Shown one piece after another: positions 20,221 through 30,159 of a stretch of DNA of 64,000 nt; the stretch's first letter is position 1; each line of letters opens with the position of its first letter. The position numbers and the translations under genes were made by a program. The stretch is from Eubacteriales bacterium (GTDB lineage: Bacteria > Bacillota > Clostridia > Oscillospirales > CAG-272). The notes beneath the pieces are model-generated. The model did not search any database, was not told where the DNA came from, and was given only the letters and a program-made list of their open reading frames with translations. The DNA is taken from NCBI GenBank assembly GCA_050309735.1, contig JBNRMS010000035.1:872-64871 (forward strand), read 5' to 3'.

Positions 20221-20260
20221 GGTAAATATTCAATTATCATCAACATATTGGGACAAGTTA

Positions 20261-20289
20261 ATTATAGCAGTGCATATATTGTATGTCAA
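20261..20289 (-). promoter_or_regulatory. sigma-A promoter driving the riboswitch and ABC operon
   Basis: Minus strand has TTGACA (20289-20284), 17-nt spacer, TATAAT (20266-20261). Confidence 0.7.
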
Positions 20290-20418
20290 GATGTTTTTAG
20301 ATTTTTTCGTCTCTTTATGCCAGAGACACAGAGATCGGGGTAGTGTGAAAAATAATTTTGGTTATTTTGTCGAGATTGTCTTACATCAATTTGCCATACA
20401 ACTAAATATCCACCCTCA

Positions 20419-23400
20419 TTAAATCTCAATCTCGCCCTCGAACACCTTCACCGTGCCGCCGGTTAGGATTATGCCTTTATCCGAGGAGTTGACTATAAGG
20501 TCGCCGCCGGGAACCTTTACTGTGATATCCTCGTTTTCACGGCAATAGCCATTTTTAATGGCGGCGGCCACAGCTGCACAGGCACCCGTGCCGCAGGCGG
20601 GGGTTTCGCCGTTGCCACGCTCCCAAACACGCATTTTCAGCATATTGCTGTTCACCACTGTAACAAATTCAGTGTTTACGCGTTCTGGGAAGATTTTATG
20701 GTGTTCAAACAGGGGGCCAATTGAGTTGAGATCGAGATTATCAAGCCGGTCGCGGAAAATGACGCAGTGCGGGTTTCCGATGGCAAGACAGGTGACCCTG
20801 TATTCCCTGCCCCCCACCTCAAGCGGCATATTTACAACTTCATCCGATTTGACCAGCGCCGGAATTTCGGCAGGCGCGAAGAGAGCCGAGCCTACATTGA
20901 CGCTGACATAATTTACCTTGCCGTCTGTTATATATAAGGTTAATTCTTTTACACCACTGTCTGTCTCAACAGTGATATTCTCTCGGTCGACATAACCGTT
21001 GTCAAATATATATTTCCCAATATTCCGTATAGAGTTTCCGGCAAGCTTTCCGCGGCTGCCATCCCGGTTGTAAACCCGCATTTTAATGTCGGCGATGTCA
21101 GATTTTTCAATAAGGGCAATTCCGTCGCCGCCGATGCCAAGCTGCCTGTCGCAAAGCGTCAAGCAGAGCGATTCGGGGCTCTCAATTTTGCCGTCGAAGT
21201 TTTCGATACATATATAGTCGTCGCCGGTCGCCTGCATTTTGGTGAATCTTATTGTTTCCCGGGTCTTTTTCATGTTGTTTATGTCAACAAGTCCGGTATT
21301 CTGCTGCGTGTATCGACTGGCTATGATATCTGCAACGGCATTTGCCGTGTCAAGCGAGGTCATACAGGGGATTGAATGAAGAACGGCCTGGCGATGCAGG
21401 ATGGTATAATCGTTGAGCGTCGAATCCATCAGCGCGCCGGTATAGACGATATAGTTGATTTTTCCGTCCTCAAGCAGTTTAAATACCCGCTTATCCTTAA
21501 TGCTGACAATAATTTGAACCTCTATTCCAAGCTTTGAGACAGACATAGCTGTCTCGCGCGTGGCGTAGATTGTGAAGTGCATATCGTCAAATTTTTTGGC
21601 GAGCGAAACTATCTCCTGCTGATCCTGCGAGGCGGCGCTGAGCAGCACCCCAAGCTCGCGGTGCGAAGCAAATGACTTGAGCAGCATACCCGCCGAGGTC
21701 ATCCCTTTAAAAAGAGCCTCGCGCAGATTTCTGCCAACCCCCAGCACCTCGCCGGTCGATTTCATCTCGGGGCCGAGCGAGGAGTCGGCGTCGGTCAACT
21801 TCTCGAAGGAGAAAACCGGCACTTTGACAGCGTAGTAAGGCGGAGTTTTGTAAAGTCCGGTTCCGTATCCGAGGTCGCGCAGCTTTGCGCCGGTCATAAC
21901 CCGGGCGGCGATATCGACCATAGGGATTCCGGCAGCTTTGCTGATATACGGAACTGTCCTTGATGCTCGCGGGTTGACCTCGATAACATAAAGCTCGTTG
22001 TGATATATGAGATATTGGATATTTACAAGCCCTTTTGTTCCAAGCGATTTTGCGAGATATTCGGAGCTTTCGACAACGGTTTTCATCATCTTGTCGTTGA
22101 TGCTAAAGGGGGGATAGACGGCTATAGAGTCGCCGCTATGCACCCCGGCGCGCTCGATATGCTGCATAACTCCGGGGATAAGCACGTCCTCGCCGTCTGA
22201 TATGACATCAACCTCAATCTCCGAGCCCATCATATATTTGTCGACGAGCACCGGATTCTCGATTTTCTCGGCGAGTATTCGCTTCATGTAGGTTTTTACT
22301 TCATCCTTGTTGTAGACAATTTTCATATTCTGCCCGCCGATAACATAGGACGGGCGGAGCAGCACCGGGAAGCCGAGTTTTTCGGCCGCAGCGATTGCGT
22401 CTTCAAGATTATTAACACCCATTCCGTGCGGGCGCTTGATTCCGAATTTTTCAAGGAGTGCGTCAAACTTTTCGCGATCCTCGGCAAGGTCTATTCCTTC
22501 GGCCGAAGTGCCAAGAATTTCAATGCCTTTTTTGTGGAGATATGAGGTGAGCTTTATGGCGGTTTGCCCGCCGAAGGCAACGACCACGCCAACCGGTTTC
22601 TCAACCTTAATTATGTTCATGACATCCTCTGGGGTGAGAGGCTCAAAATAAAGGCGGTCGGCGGTGTCGTAGTCGGTTGAAACAGTTTCGGGATTGTTGT
22701 TGATAATCACAACATCATATCCGAGGCTTTTGAGCGTCCATGCGCAGTGAACAGACGAATAGTCAAACTCGATCCCCTGCCCTATTCTTATTGGCCCCGA
22801 GCCGAGCACTATTATAACCGGACGTCCGCTTCGTTTTATTTGGCGCGCCTCGCACTCCTGGTCGTAGGTCGAGTAGAAGTAGGGGGTTACAGCGTCAAAT
22901 TCTGCGGCGCAGGTGTCGACCATTTTATATACGCAGCGCGAGCTCGGCAGCTTTTTCACGCCCGAGATATGGCGAAGCGCCCGGTCGGTGTATCCGTATT
23001 TTTTTCCCTTGAGATATAGCTCCTCATTGAAATTCCTTGATATTTCGGCTTCATAATCAGCAAGGTTTTTAAACTTTTTTAAAAACCAGCGGTCAATCCG
23101 AGTAAACTCAAATATCTCGTCTATCGACATTCCACTCTTTATTGCCTCAAATATCGAGAAGATGCGCCTGTCATCGGGAGTTTTTAATCGTTCGGTGATA
23201 TCCTTTTCGGATATCGGTGCGGTGTTTAGTGTATCGAGCGAGAGCTCGGCTCCGCGAATCGCTTTCATAATTGCCATCTCAAATGAGGGGGCGATAGACA
23301 TCACTTCGCCTGTCGCCTTCATCTGTGTTCCGAGCTTGCGAGAGGCACCGACAAACTTATCAAAAGGCCATTTGGGGAATTTAACTACGATATAATCTAA

Positions 23401-24447
23401 CGCCGGCTCAAAGCAGGCGCAGGTCTTTCCGGTTATCTCGTTCTCAATCTCGTCAAGCGTGTAGCCAAGTGCGATTTTGGTGGTGATTTTTGCAATCGGA
23501 TAGCCGGTCGCTTTTGAGGCGAGCGCCGAGGAGCGTGAAACGCGCGGGTTGACCTCAATCACAGAATACTCAAAACTGTCGGGATTGAGCGCAAACTGAC
23601 AATTGCATCCGCCTACAATGTCAAGCGCCGAGATGATATTGAGCGACGCTATTCGGAGCATCTGATATTCTTTATTTGACAGAGTGACAGCCGGAGCGAC
23701 TACTATACTGTCGCCTGTGTGTATTCCAACCGGGTCTACATTCTCCATGCTGCACACCGCGATAGCGTTTCCGGCGCTGTCGCGCATTGTTTCAAATTCG
23801 ATTTCCTTCCATCCGTAGATATACTTTTCAATAAGAATCTGTCTTATCGGAGAGGCATCAAGTCCGGCCTCGGCCGCCGCCACCATCTCCTCAGGCGAAT
23901 AAGCGACGCCGCCCCCCGAGCCTCCGAGCGTGAAGGCCGGGCGGATTATGACGGGATAACCTATGCGCTCGGCGATATCAATAGCATGGTCAACATCATT
24001 CGCGATCTCCGACGGCACTGTCGGCTCGCCGATTGAATCCATAGTTTCTTTAAAAAGGCGGCGATCCTCGGCTTTGTCGATAGCATCTACATTTGTTCCG
24101 ATAAGTCTGACACCGTATTTTTCAAGAACGCCCTGTTTGCCAAGCTGCATTGACAGCGTAAGCCCGGTCTGCCCGCCAAGGCCGGCAAGCAGGCTGTCGG
24201 GGCGCTCTTTTTCTATTATTCGCGTGAGCGTTTCCACGGTGAGAGGTTCAAGGTATATTTCGTCGGCCAGCGCGTTGTCGGTCATGATAGTTGCCGGATT
24301 TGAGTTGACAAGCACCACATTAACCCCGGCAGCTTTAAGCACGCGACAGGCCTGCGCTCCGGCATAGTCAAATTCGGCGGCCTGACCGATGATTATCGGC
24401 CCTGAGCCTATCACAAGCACCTTTTTAATACTTTTATCAAGCGGCAT
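20419..24447 (-). CDS. carB: carbamoyl-phosphate synthase large subunit fused in frame to a DapF-fold (diaminopimelate-epimerase-like) C-terminal module
   Basis: Single uninterrupted 1342-codon ORF. Residues 1 to ~1065 are a full CarB (two ATP-grasp halves with GGQTGLTL / GGQTAIKL, plus the MGS-like domain). Residues ~1067-1342 are DapF-like (FTKMQATGDDY, GNPHCVIF, ERGNGETPACGTGACA). ATGA overlap with the carA stop. Confidence 0.85.
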   Translation of the reverse strand: MPLDKSIKKVLVIGSGPIIIGQAAEFDYAGAQACRVLKAAGVNVVLVNSNPATIMTDNALADEIYLEPLTVETLTRIIEKERPDSLLAGLGGQTGLTLSMQLGKQGVLEKYGVRLIGTNVDAIDKAEDRRLFKETMDSIGEPTVPSEIANDVDHAIDIAERIGYPVIIRPAFTLGGSGGGVAYSPEEMVAAAEAGLDASPIRQILIEKYIYGWKEIEFETMRDSAGNAIAVCSMENVDPVGIHTGDSIVVAPAVTLSNKEYQMLRIASLNIISALDIVGGCNCQFALNPDSFEYSVIEVNPRVSRSSALASKATGYPIAKITTKIALGYTLDEIENEITGKTCACFEPALDYIVVKFPKWPFDKFVGASRKLGTQMKATGEVMSIAPSFEMAIMKAIRGAELSLDTLNTAPISEKDITERLKTPDDRRIFSIFEAIKSGMSIDEIFEFTRIDRWFLKKFKNLADYEAEISRNFNEELYLKGKKYGYTDRALRHISGVKKLPSSRCVYKMVDTCAAEFDAVTPYFYSTYDQECEARQIKRSGRPVIIVLGSGPIRIGQGIEFDYSSVHCAWTLKSLGYDVVIINNNPETVSTDYDTADRLYFEPLTPEDVMNIIKVEKPVGVVVAFGGQTAIKLTSYLHKKGIEILGTSAEGIDLAEDREKFDALLEKFGIKRPHGMGVNNLEDAIAAAEKLGFPVLLRPSYVIGGQNMKIVYNKDEVKTYMKRILAEKIENPVLVDKYMMGSEIEVDVISDGEDVLIPGVMQHIERAGVHSGDSIAVYPPFSINDKMMKTVVESSEYLAKSLGTKGLVNIQYLIYHNELYVIEVNPRASRTVPYISKAAGIPMVDIAARVMTGAKLRDLGYGTGLYKTPPYYAVKVPVFSFEKLTDADSSLGPEMKSTGEVLGVGRNLREALFKGMTSAGMLLKSFASHRELGVLLSAASQDQQEIVSLAKKFDDMHFTIYATRETAMSVSKLGIEVQIIVSIKDKRVFKLLEDGKINYIVYTGALMDSTLNDYTILHRQAVLHSIPCMTSLDTANAVADIIASRYTQQNTGLVDINNMKKTRETIRFTKMQATGDDYICIENFDGKIESPESLCLTLCDRQLGIGGDGIALIEKSDIADIKMRVYNRDGSRGKLAGNSIRNIGKYIFDNGYVDRENITVETDSGVKELTLYITDGKVNYVSVNVGSALFAPAEIPALVKSDEVVNMPLEVGGREYRVTCLAIGNPHCVIFRDRLDNLDLNSIGPLFEHHKIFPERVNTEFVTVVNSNMLKMRVWERGNGETPACGTGACAAVAAAIKNGYCRENEDITVKVPGGDLIVNSSDKGIILTGGTVKVFEGEIEI

Positions 24448-25526
24448 CAGTTTATACCTCCCTTTTTGTGAAACTGGTCAACCATTGAAATAAACCTCTC
24501 AAAGAGGAAGGATGTGTCAAGCGGACCGGCGCAAGCCTCGGGGTGAAACTGCACCGAGAAGGCCGAAAGCCCGGGATATTCAATCCCCTCGCAGGTGCCG
24601 TCGTTTGCATTGGTGAATATCTCCCTGCCGATTTCGCCAAGACTTGAGGTGACGACGGCATATCCGTGATTCTGGCTTGTAATGTATGTGCGGCTGCCGA
24701 AAATCTCCTTAACCGGCTGATTGGCGCCGCGATGCCCGTATTTTAGCTTTTCCGTCCGGCCGCCCGCGGCGAGTGCAAGCAATTGATGCCCAAGGCAAAT
24801 TCCGAATATCGGCAACCTTCCGAGCAGTTTTTTTAGCTGCTCGATTTCATATATGTTCTCTGCCGGGTCGCCGGGGCCGTTTGAGAGCACAATTCCGTCG
24901 GGTAAGGTGGCTAGAATTTCTTCGGCCGATGCTGTAGACGGAAGCGAGCGCACACTGCAGCCCCGCTCTGTTAGCGAGCGAATTATGTTTGTTTTCGCGC
25001 CATAATCTATCAAAGTGAGCCTGAATTTTTCATTTTGTGATACAAAAATTTCCTCTTTGCCGCAGGTGACGCTACTCACAGCCCCCTCAATTTTAAAATT
25101 TCTGATAAAAGAGAGGTCGTCGGGAACACTGTCGCAGATAGCGGCGTTCATAACACCGCGCTCCCGGATGATTTTGGTCACCTGCCGGGTATCAATTCCC
25201 GAAAGCCCGACAACATTATTTCGCTCCAGAAAGGTGTTAAGGTCATACTGACTTCTGAAATTGGATGGATAGTCGCAGGCCTCGCGCACCACATAGCCCC
25301 GCACGCAGCACCTACCCTCGAAATCCTCCTCGATGATTCCATAATTGCCAATCAAAGGGAAGGTCTGAAGCACGATCTGGCCGTAATAGCTCGGATCTGT
25401 CAGCGTTTCGATGTAGCCGCACATGCCGGTTGTGAAGACCAGCTCACCGACATTTTCTATGTCGGCTCCGAACTTCTCGCCGGGGAAGACGCTACCGTCC
25501 TCCAGTACAAGATAAGCTTTTTTCAT
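24447..25526 (-). CDS. carA: carbamoyl-phosphate synthase small (glutaminase) subunit
   Basis: GICLGHQLL (Cys) and QFHPE motifs. Start moved to ATG 25526 (MKKAYLVLEDG) after GGAGAGGAAA; ORF track start is 25634. Confidence 0.92.
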   Translation of the reverse strand: MKKAYLVLEDGSVFPGEKFGADIENVGELVFTTGMCGYIETLTDPSYYGQIVLQTFPLIGNYGIIEEDFEGRCCVRGYVVREACDYPSNFRSQYDLNTFLERNNVVGLSGIDTRQVTKIIRERGVMNAAICDSVPDDLSFIRNFKIEGAVSSVTCGKEEIFVSQNEKFRLTLIDYGAKTNIIRSLTERGCSVRSLPSTASAEEILATLPDGIVLSNGPGDPAENIYEIEQLKKLLGRLPIFGICLGHQLLALAAGGRTEKLKYGHRGANQPVKEIFGSRTYITSQNHGYAVVTSSLGEIGREIFTNANDGTCEGIEYPGLSAFSVQFHPEACAGPLDTSFLFERFISMVDQFHKKGGIN

Positions 25527-25604
25527 TGTTTTATATTTTCCTCTCCCCCGGCCGCCCGAATCTACCAGTCGGTCGGGTAAAAATAAACACAAATATATAC
25601 AATT

Positions 25605-25639
25605 GAAAGATGAGGCGTCATAAGACAAACTCATCTTTC
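25605..25639 (-). terminator. hairpin between argF and carA (possible partial terminator or attenuator)
   Basis: GAAAGATGAG-N15-CTCATCTTTC 10-bp stem just after the argF stop; a mixed A/T tract follows. Confidence 0.4.
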
Positions 25640-25649
25640 AGAAATTTAT

Positions 25650-26636
25650 TCACGACAGTGTGGCGGCCATAACGGCCTTTATTGTGTGCATACGGTTCTC
25701 AGCCTGATCGAAAACAACCGAGTTTGAGCTCTCGAATACCTCGTCGGTAACCTCAAGCCCGTCAAGTTTGTATTTTTCGCCGACAGTGCGGCCGATACCG
25801 GTTTTCATATCGTGGAAGGCCGGCAGACAGTGCATAAAAATTGCACGATTTCCGGCAATACCCATAAGTTTTTTGTTGACCTGATAGGGTAGCAGTGCTG
25901 AGATACGCTCATCCCAAACCTCTTCGGGCTCGCCCATTGATACCCAAACGTCGGTATATATAACATCAGCCCCTCTTGCAGCCTCGGCCGGGTCGGATAA
26001 AAATCTTAGTTTCGCGCCCGACGCACTCGCCTCAGACTTGCATACAGCTATTAAATCGTCGGACGGAAAATATCCGGTGGGAGCGCACGCTGTAAAATTA
26101 AGCCCCATTTTAGCGCAGCCGACCATGAGCGAGTTGCCCATGTTATACCTTGCGTCACCAATATAAACGAAATTTATACCCCGAAGACGCCCGAATTTCT
26201 CGCGGATGGTCATAAGGTCTGCCAGCACCTGTGTGGGGTGAAATTCGTTTGTCAGACCGTTCCAAATCGGAACGCCCGCATATCTTGCCAGCTCCTCTAC
26301 TATCTCCTGCCCAAATCCGCGGTATTCAATCCCGTCATACATCCGGCCGAGAACCCGCGCCGTGTCGGAGATGCTCTCTTTCTTGCCAATTTGAGAGGAG
26401 GCGGGATCAAGATAGGTAACTCCCATCCCCAGGTCATGCGCGGCAACCTCAAAGGCGCAGCGTGTACGCGTGCTTGTTTTTTCGAATATAAGCGCTATAA
26501 TTTTGCCCTCGCAGAGTCGGTGGGCGATTCCCGCCTTCTTCTTTGCCTTAAGCTCGTCGGCAAGGTCGACAAGGCGGCTGATCTCCTCGGAGGTAAAATC
26601 AAGCAATTTAAGAAAGCTTCTTCCTTTTAGATTCAT
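25650..26636 (-). CDS. argF: ornithine carbamoyltransferase
   Basis: STRTR, HPTQ and HCLPA motifs; start ATG 26636 after GGAGGTAGG. Confidence 0.93.
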   Translation of the reverse strand: MNLKGRSFLKLLDFTSEEISRLVDLADELKAKKKAGIAHRLCEGKIIALIFEKTSTRTRCAFEVAAHDLGMGVTYLDPASSQIGKKESISDTARVLGRMYDGIEYRGFGQEIVEELARYAGVPIWNGLTNEFHPTQVLADLMTIREKFGRLRGINFVYIGDARYNMGNSLMVGCAKMGLNFTACAPTGYFPSDDLIAVCKSEASASGAKLRFLSDPAEAARGADVIYTDVWVSMGEPEEVWDERISALLPYQVNKKLMGIAGNRAIFMHCLPAFHDMKTGIGRTVGEKYKLDGLEVTDEVFESSNSVVFDQAENRMHTIKAVMAATLS

Positions 26637-26650
26637 TCCTACCTCCATAA

Positions 26651-27814
26651 TTATTCGGCGCAAGCCGCCCTGATAATCCCGACTGCTCTCTTTAGCACCC
26701 CATCGGGTATATTAAGCGCAGGCAGAAGCCTGAGCTTGTGTTTTGCCTTGATTAGGATAACACCCGCCTCGCGGCATTTGGCGATAACCTCGGATGCATT
26801 CTTCACAGTTTCAATGCCAAGCATCAGCCCCATCCCGGTGACGCTTACAATTCCCGGAGAACCCGAGAGTTCCCTTATTATATAATCCGACTTTTTTGTC
26901 ACTTTGTCAAGTAGTTTTTCATCAATTCTTGATAAAATATTTAAAGCGCCGGCCGAAACAACCGGATTTCCCCCGAAAGTTGAGCCGTGAGAGCCGGGTG
27001 TGAGTACATTTTTCGTCTTTTTGCCGAGAAGAGTTGCGCCTATCGGCAACCCGCCACCAAGCCCCTTTGCGGTGGTGACTATATCGGGAAGAATATCATA
27101 GTGCATATAGGCAAAATACTTTCCTGTCCGTCCGTTTCCGGTCTGAACTTCATCGGCGACAAGCAGGACATCATGCTGATCGGCAAGCCTTTTTAGCTCT
27201 TGCACAAAATCATATTCAAGAGGCAAAACTCCACCCTCGCCCTGAATCAGCTCAAACATCACCGCCGCAACCCTACCGGTCTTTATCATTTTTTCGATCG
27301 ATTCTATGTCACCCGGCTCGGCATAGTAAAAACCGTCTGTGAGCGGAAGAAAATCCTTGTGAAAGTCACTCTGCCCGGTTGCGGCCAGTGTTGTTATTGT
27401 CCGGCCGTGAAAGCTGTTCTTGAGGGTGATAATTTTGTATCGGTCTTTGCCGTATTTGTCGGCTGCGTATTTGCGCGCTGTTTTAATGGCGCATTCGTTT
27501 GCCTCGGCGCCCGAGTTTGAGAAGAAAACCTTACTCAGCAGGCTGACCTCACACAAGCGCTCGGCAAGGAGTACACATGGGTCACTATAAAATAAATTCG
27601 ACGTATGTTGACATATATTTAATTGTTTTGTGACGGCCTCGATCCATTCATCATCACACTCGCCAAAGGTGTTAACCGCGATACCGCTGCCAAGGTCTAT
27701 ATATTCCTTGCCGTTCTCATCGTAAACAAGCGATCCCTTCCCGCGTACGATATTGAGCGGAAAGCGGACGTATGTAGCGGCGATAAACTCGGCGTCCTTC
27801 TGGTATATATTCAT
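26651..27814 (-). CDS. argD: acetylornithine aminotransferase
   Basis: Class-III aminotransferase motifs ([31 protein letters not shown]); start ATG 27814. Confidence 0.9.
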   Translation of the reverse strand: MNIYQKDAEFIAATYVRFPLNIVRGKGSLVYDENGKEYIDLGSGIAVNTFGECDDEWIEAVTKQLNICQHTSNLFYSDPCVLLAERLCEVSLLSKVFFSNSGAEANECAIKTARKYAADKYGKDRYKIITLKNSFHGRTITTLAATGQSDFHKDFLPLTDGFYYAEPGDIESIEKMIKTGRVAAVMFELIQGEGGVLPLEYDFVQELKRLADQHDVLLVADEVQTGNGRTGKYFAYMHYDILPDIVTTAKGLGGGLPIGATLLGKKTKNVLTPGSHGSTFGGNPVVSAGALNILSRIDEKLLDKVTKKSDYIIRELSGSPGIVSVTGMGLMLGIETVKNASEVIAKCREAGVILIKAKHKLRLLPALNIPDGVLKRAVGIIRAACAE

Positions 27815-27828
27815 AATGTATATCTCCC

Positions 27829-28698
27829 TCAATCCTCTGTTTCAGCTATCATTGTCCCCGCTCCCTCGTCGGTCAGCATTTCAATTAAGAGCGAGTGGGG
27901 TATTCGGCCGTCAATAATAGTCACCTTGGAAACTCCCCTCATTATCGCTTCGATACAACACTCAATCTTGGGTATCATTCCGCCCGAAACACTGCCATCG
28001 GCAATCATTCTCCGAGCGTCTTCAAGATTGACGAAACGAATCAGTGAGGAAGGGTCGTTGACGTCGCGCAGCACCCCGGCGGTGTCGGTCAGAGTCATAA
28101 GGCGCTCGGCCTTCATGGCTCCCGCAATATATGCAGCGGCTGTGTCGGCATTGATGTTGTAGACATTACCCTCCGCGTCGCAGCCAACCGTTGAGACAAC
28201 CGGGATATATCCGTTACGGAGCAGGTCGGTGATAGGCTCGACATTCACATTTGTAATCTCGCCGACAAAACCGTGAATTTCGTTCTTTTTTCGCGCCTCA
28301 ATCAGCCTGCCGTCAATTCCGCAGATGCCGATAGCGCGGCCGCCCTTAGTCTGTATTAAATTGACAAGGTTTTTGTTAACCTTTCCGGCAAGCACCATCT
28401 GCACTATCTCGGCAGACTCTTTATCTGTCACCCGCAGCCCGTCAATAAAAACCGATTCCAGGCCGAATTTTTCGAGCACATCTGTAATTTCGGGGCCGCC
28501 GCCGTGTACCAGAACAACACTGACGCCGATTAGCTGAAGCAGTATTATATCATCCATAACCTGCCGCTTTAACTCCTCGTTTATCATCGCGTTTCCGCCG
28601 TACTTGACAACGACGATTTTATTATAATATTTTTGTATATACGGCAGCGCCTGTGTCAGTACCTCGGCGCGCTGAGCGTTCACAATATCTAATGACAT
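27829..28698 (-). CDS. argB: acetylglutamate kinase
   Basis: VVKYGGNAM, VHGGGP and NINADTAA motifs. Confidence 0.93.
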   Translation of the reverse strand: MSLDIVNAQRAEVLTQALPYIQKYYNKIVVVKYGGNAMINEELKRQVMDDIILLQLIGVSVVLVHGGGPEITDVLEKFGLESVFIDGLRVTDKESAEIVQMVLAGKVNKNLVNLIQTKGGRAIGICGIDGRLIEARKKNEIHGFVGEITNVNVEPITDLLRNGYIPVVSTVGCDAEGNVYNINADTAAAYIAGAMKAERLMTLTDTAGVLRDVNDPSSLIRFVNLEDARRMIADGSVSGGMIPKIECCIEAIMRGVSKVTIIDGRIPHSLLIEMLTDEGAGTMIAETED

Positions 28699-28781
28699 AT
28701 AATCTTCCTCATTTTATAACAATATTCATCTGTCAGTCGGGACTTGTGCCGCTGCCATAGTCTTGAGCCGAAAGGTGCAAA

Positions 28782-29993
28782 CTATGTTCTGTAATCTCCG
28801 TTTATTTTAACATAGTCGTACGTGAGGTCGCAGCCCCATGCTCTCGCTCTGCAGCGCCCGCTTTTAAGTTCGATTTTAATGATAACCTCTTTCTCAAGCA
28901 AAATTTCCTTGGCCGTTTGCTCAGAGAAAGCTATCACCATGCCGTCCTTACACACCATAATCTCACCCGCCCCCGAGGCAAACGAAACATCGATTCGACC
29001 GACGTCAATTTCAGCCCCGCTATATCCGATGGCGCAGAGTACGCGTCCGCAGTTTGCGTCTGCCCCGAACATCATCGATTTAACCAGTGATGAACTTATG
29101 ACACTTTTTGCAACAGTCTTTGCGGTTTTCTCATCGGGTGCGCCCTCAACCTTGCATTCGAGCAGCTTTGTTGCTCCCTCGCCGTCTGCCGCTATCATGC
29201 GGCAGAGGTAGAGGGTGACGGTGTTGAGCGCCTCCACGAATGCCGAAAAGTCCTCCCCCTCGGAAGTTATTTCGCGATTTTCCGCCATGCCGTTTGCCAT
29301 CACGCTCACCATGTCGTTAGTTGAAGTGTCGCCGTCGACGCTTATCATGTTAAAGGTGTTTTTCACGTCTTCGGAGAGTGCCTTTTGCAGCATTTTTTGT
29401 GATATTGCGGCGTCTGTTGTGATAAAGGCAAGCATTGTGGCCATATTCGGATTTATCATACCCGAACCTTTGGCAATGCCGCCGATTTTACACTCAACCC
29501 CGCCAATCATAAAGCTGACAGCGATCTCTTTTTGTGAAATGTCGGTGGTCATTATCCCCTCGGCCGCCTCGCGGCTGTTTTGACCGAGCGATTTTACAAG
29601 TTCGGGGATTCCTTTTTTTATCGGCGTAATGTCAAGTTTTTGCCCGATTACCCCGGTCGACGCTATGACTACATCCTTCGGGGAGATTCCAAGTTCGCGC
29701 CCTATAAGCTCGCAGGTCAGTTCGGCGATTTCAACGCCGTTTGGATTACAGGTGTTGGCATTGCCGCTGTTGCAGATTATGGCCTGAGCGTATCCGTCGG
29801 CGATATTATTTTTTGTGACCAAAAGCGGCGCGCCCTTAACAAGATTTGTGGTATAAACCGCCGCTGTTATCGCTCTTCTTTCACTGAAAATCAGGGAAAG
29901 ATCGCGTTTGCTGCGGTTTTTACGTACGCCGCAGTGAATTCCGCTCGCGGTGAATCCTTTGGCGGCACAGACGCCGCCTTCTATAATTTTCAT
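28782..29993 (-). CDS. argJ: bifunctional ornithine acetyltransferase / N-acetylglutamate synthase
   Basis: Self-cleavage site PNMATMLAFITTDA. Start ATG 29993, 13 nt after GAAAGG; ORF track start is 30005. Confidence 0.92.
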   Translation of the reverse strand: MKIIEGGVCAAKGFTASGIHCGVRKNRSKRDLSLIFSERRAITAAVYTTNLVKGAPLLVTKNNIADGYAQAIICNSGNANTCNPNGVEIAELTCELIGRELGISPKDVVIASTGVIGQKLDITPIKKGIPELVKSLGQNSREAAEGIMTTDISQKEIAVSFMIGGVECKIGGIAKGSGMINPNMATMLAFITTDAAISQKMLQKALSEDVKNTFNMISVDGDTSTNDMVSVMANGMAENREITSEGEDFSAFVEALNTVTLYLCRMIAADGEGATKLLECKVEGAPDEKTAKTVAKSVISSSLVKSMMFGADANCGRVLCAIGYSGAEIDVGRIDVSFASGAGEIMVCKDGMVIAFSEQTAKEILLEKEVIIKIELKSGRCRARAWGCDLTYDYVKINGDYRT

Positions 29994-30159
29994 TCTAATA
30001 ACCATGCCTTTCTGTTAGCCGAGGTTTGTGCCGGCTCGGAGCCTGTCAATTTGTTGCCATTCATAAGAGGAAGGAGGCACAAAATTCACCGTTTGAGCGA
30101 AGCTTGCTTCACTCAAGCGGTTGCAATCTGTTCCAAAAAGATAATAGCGCAAACAAAAG

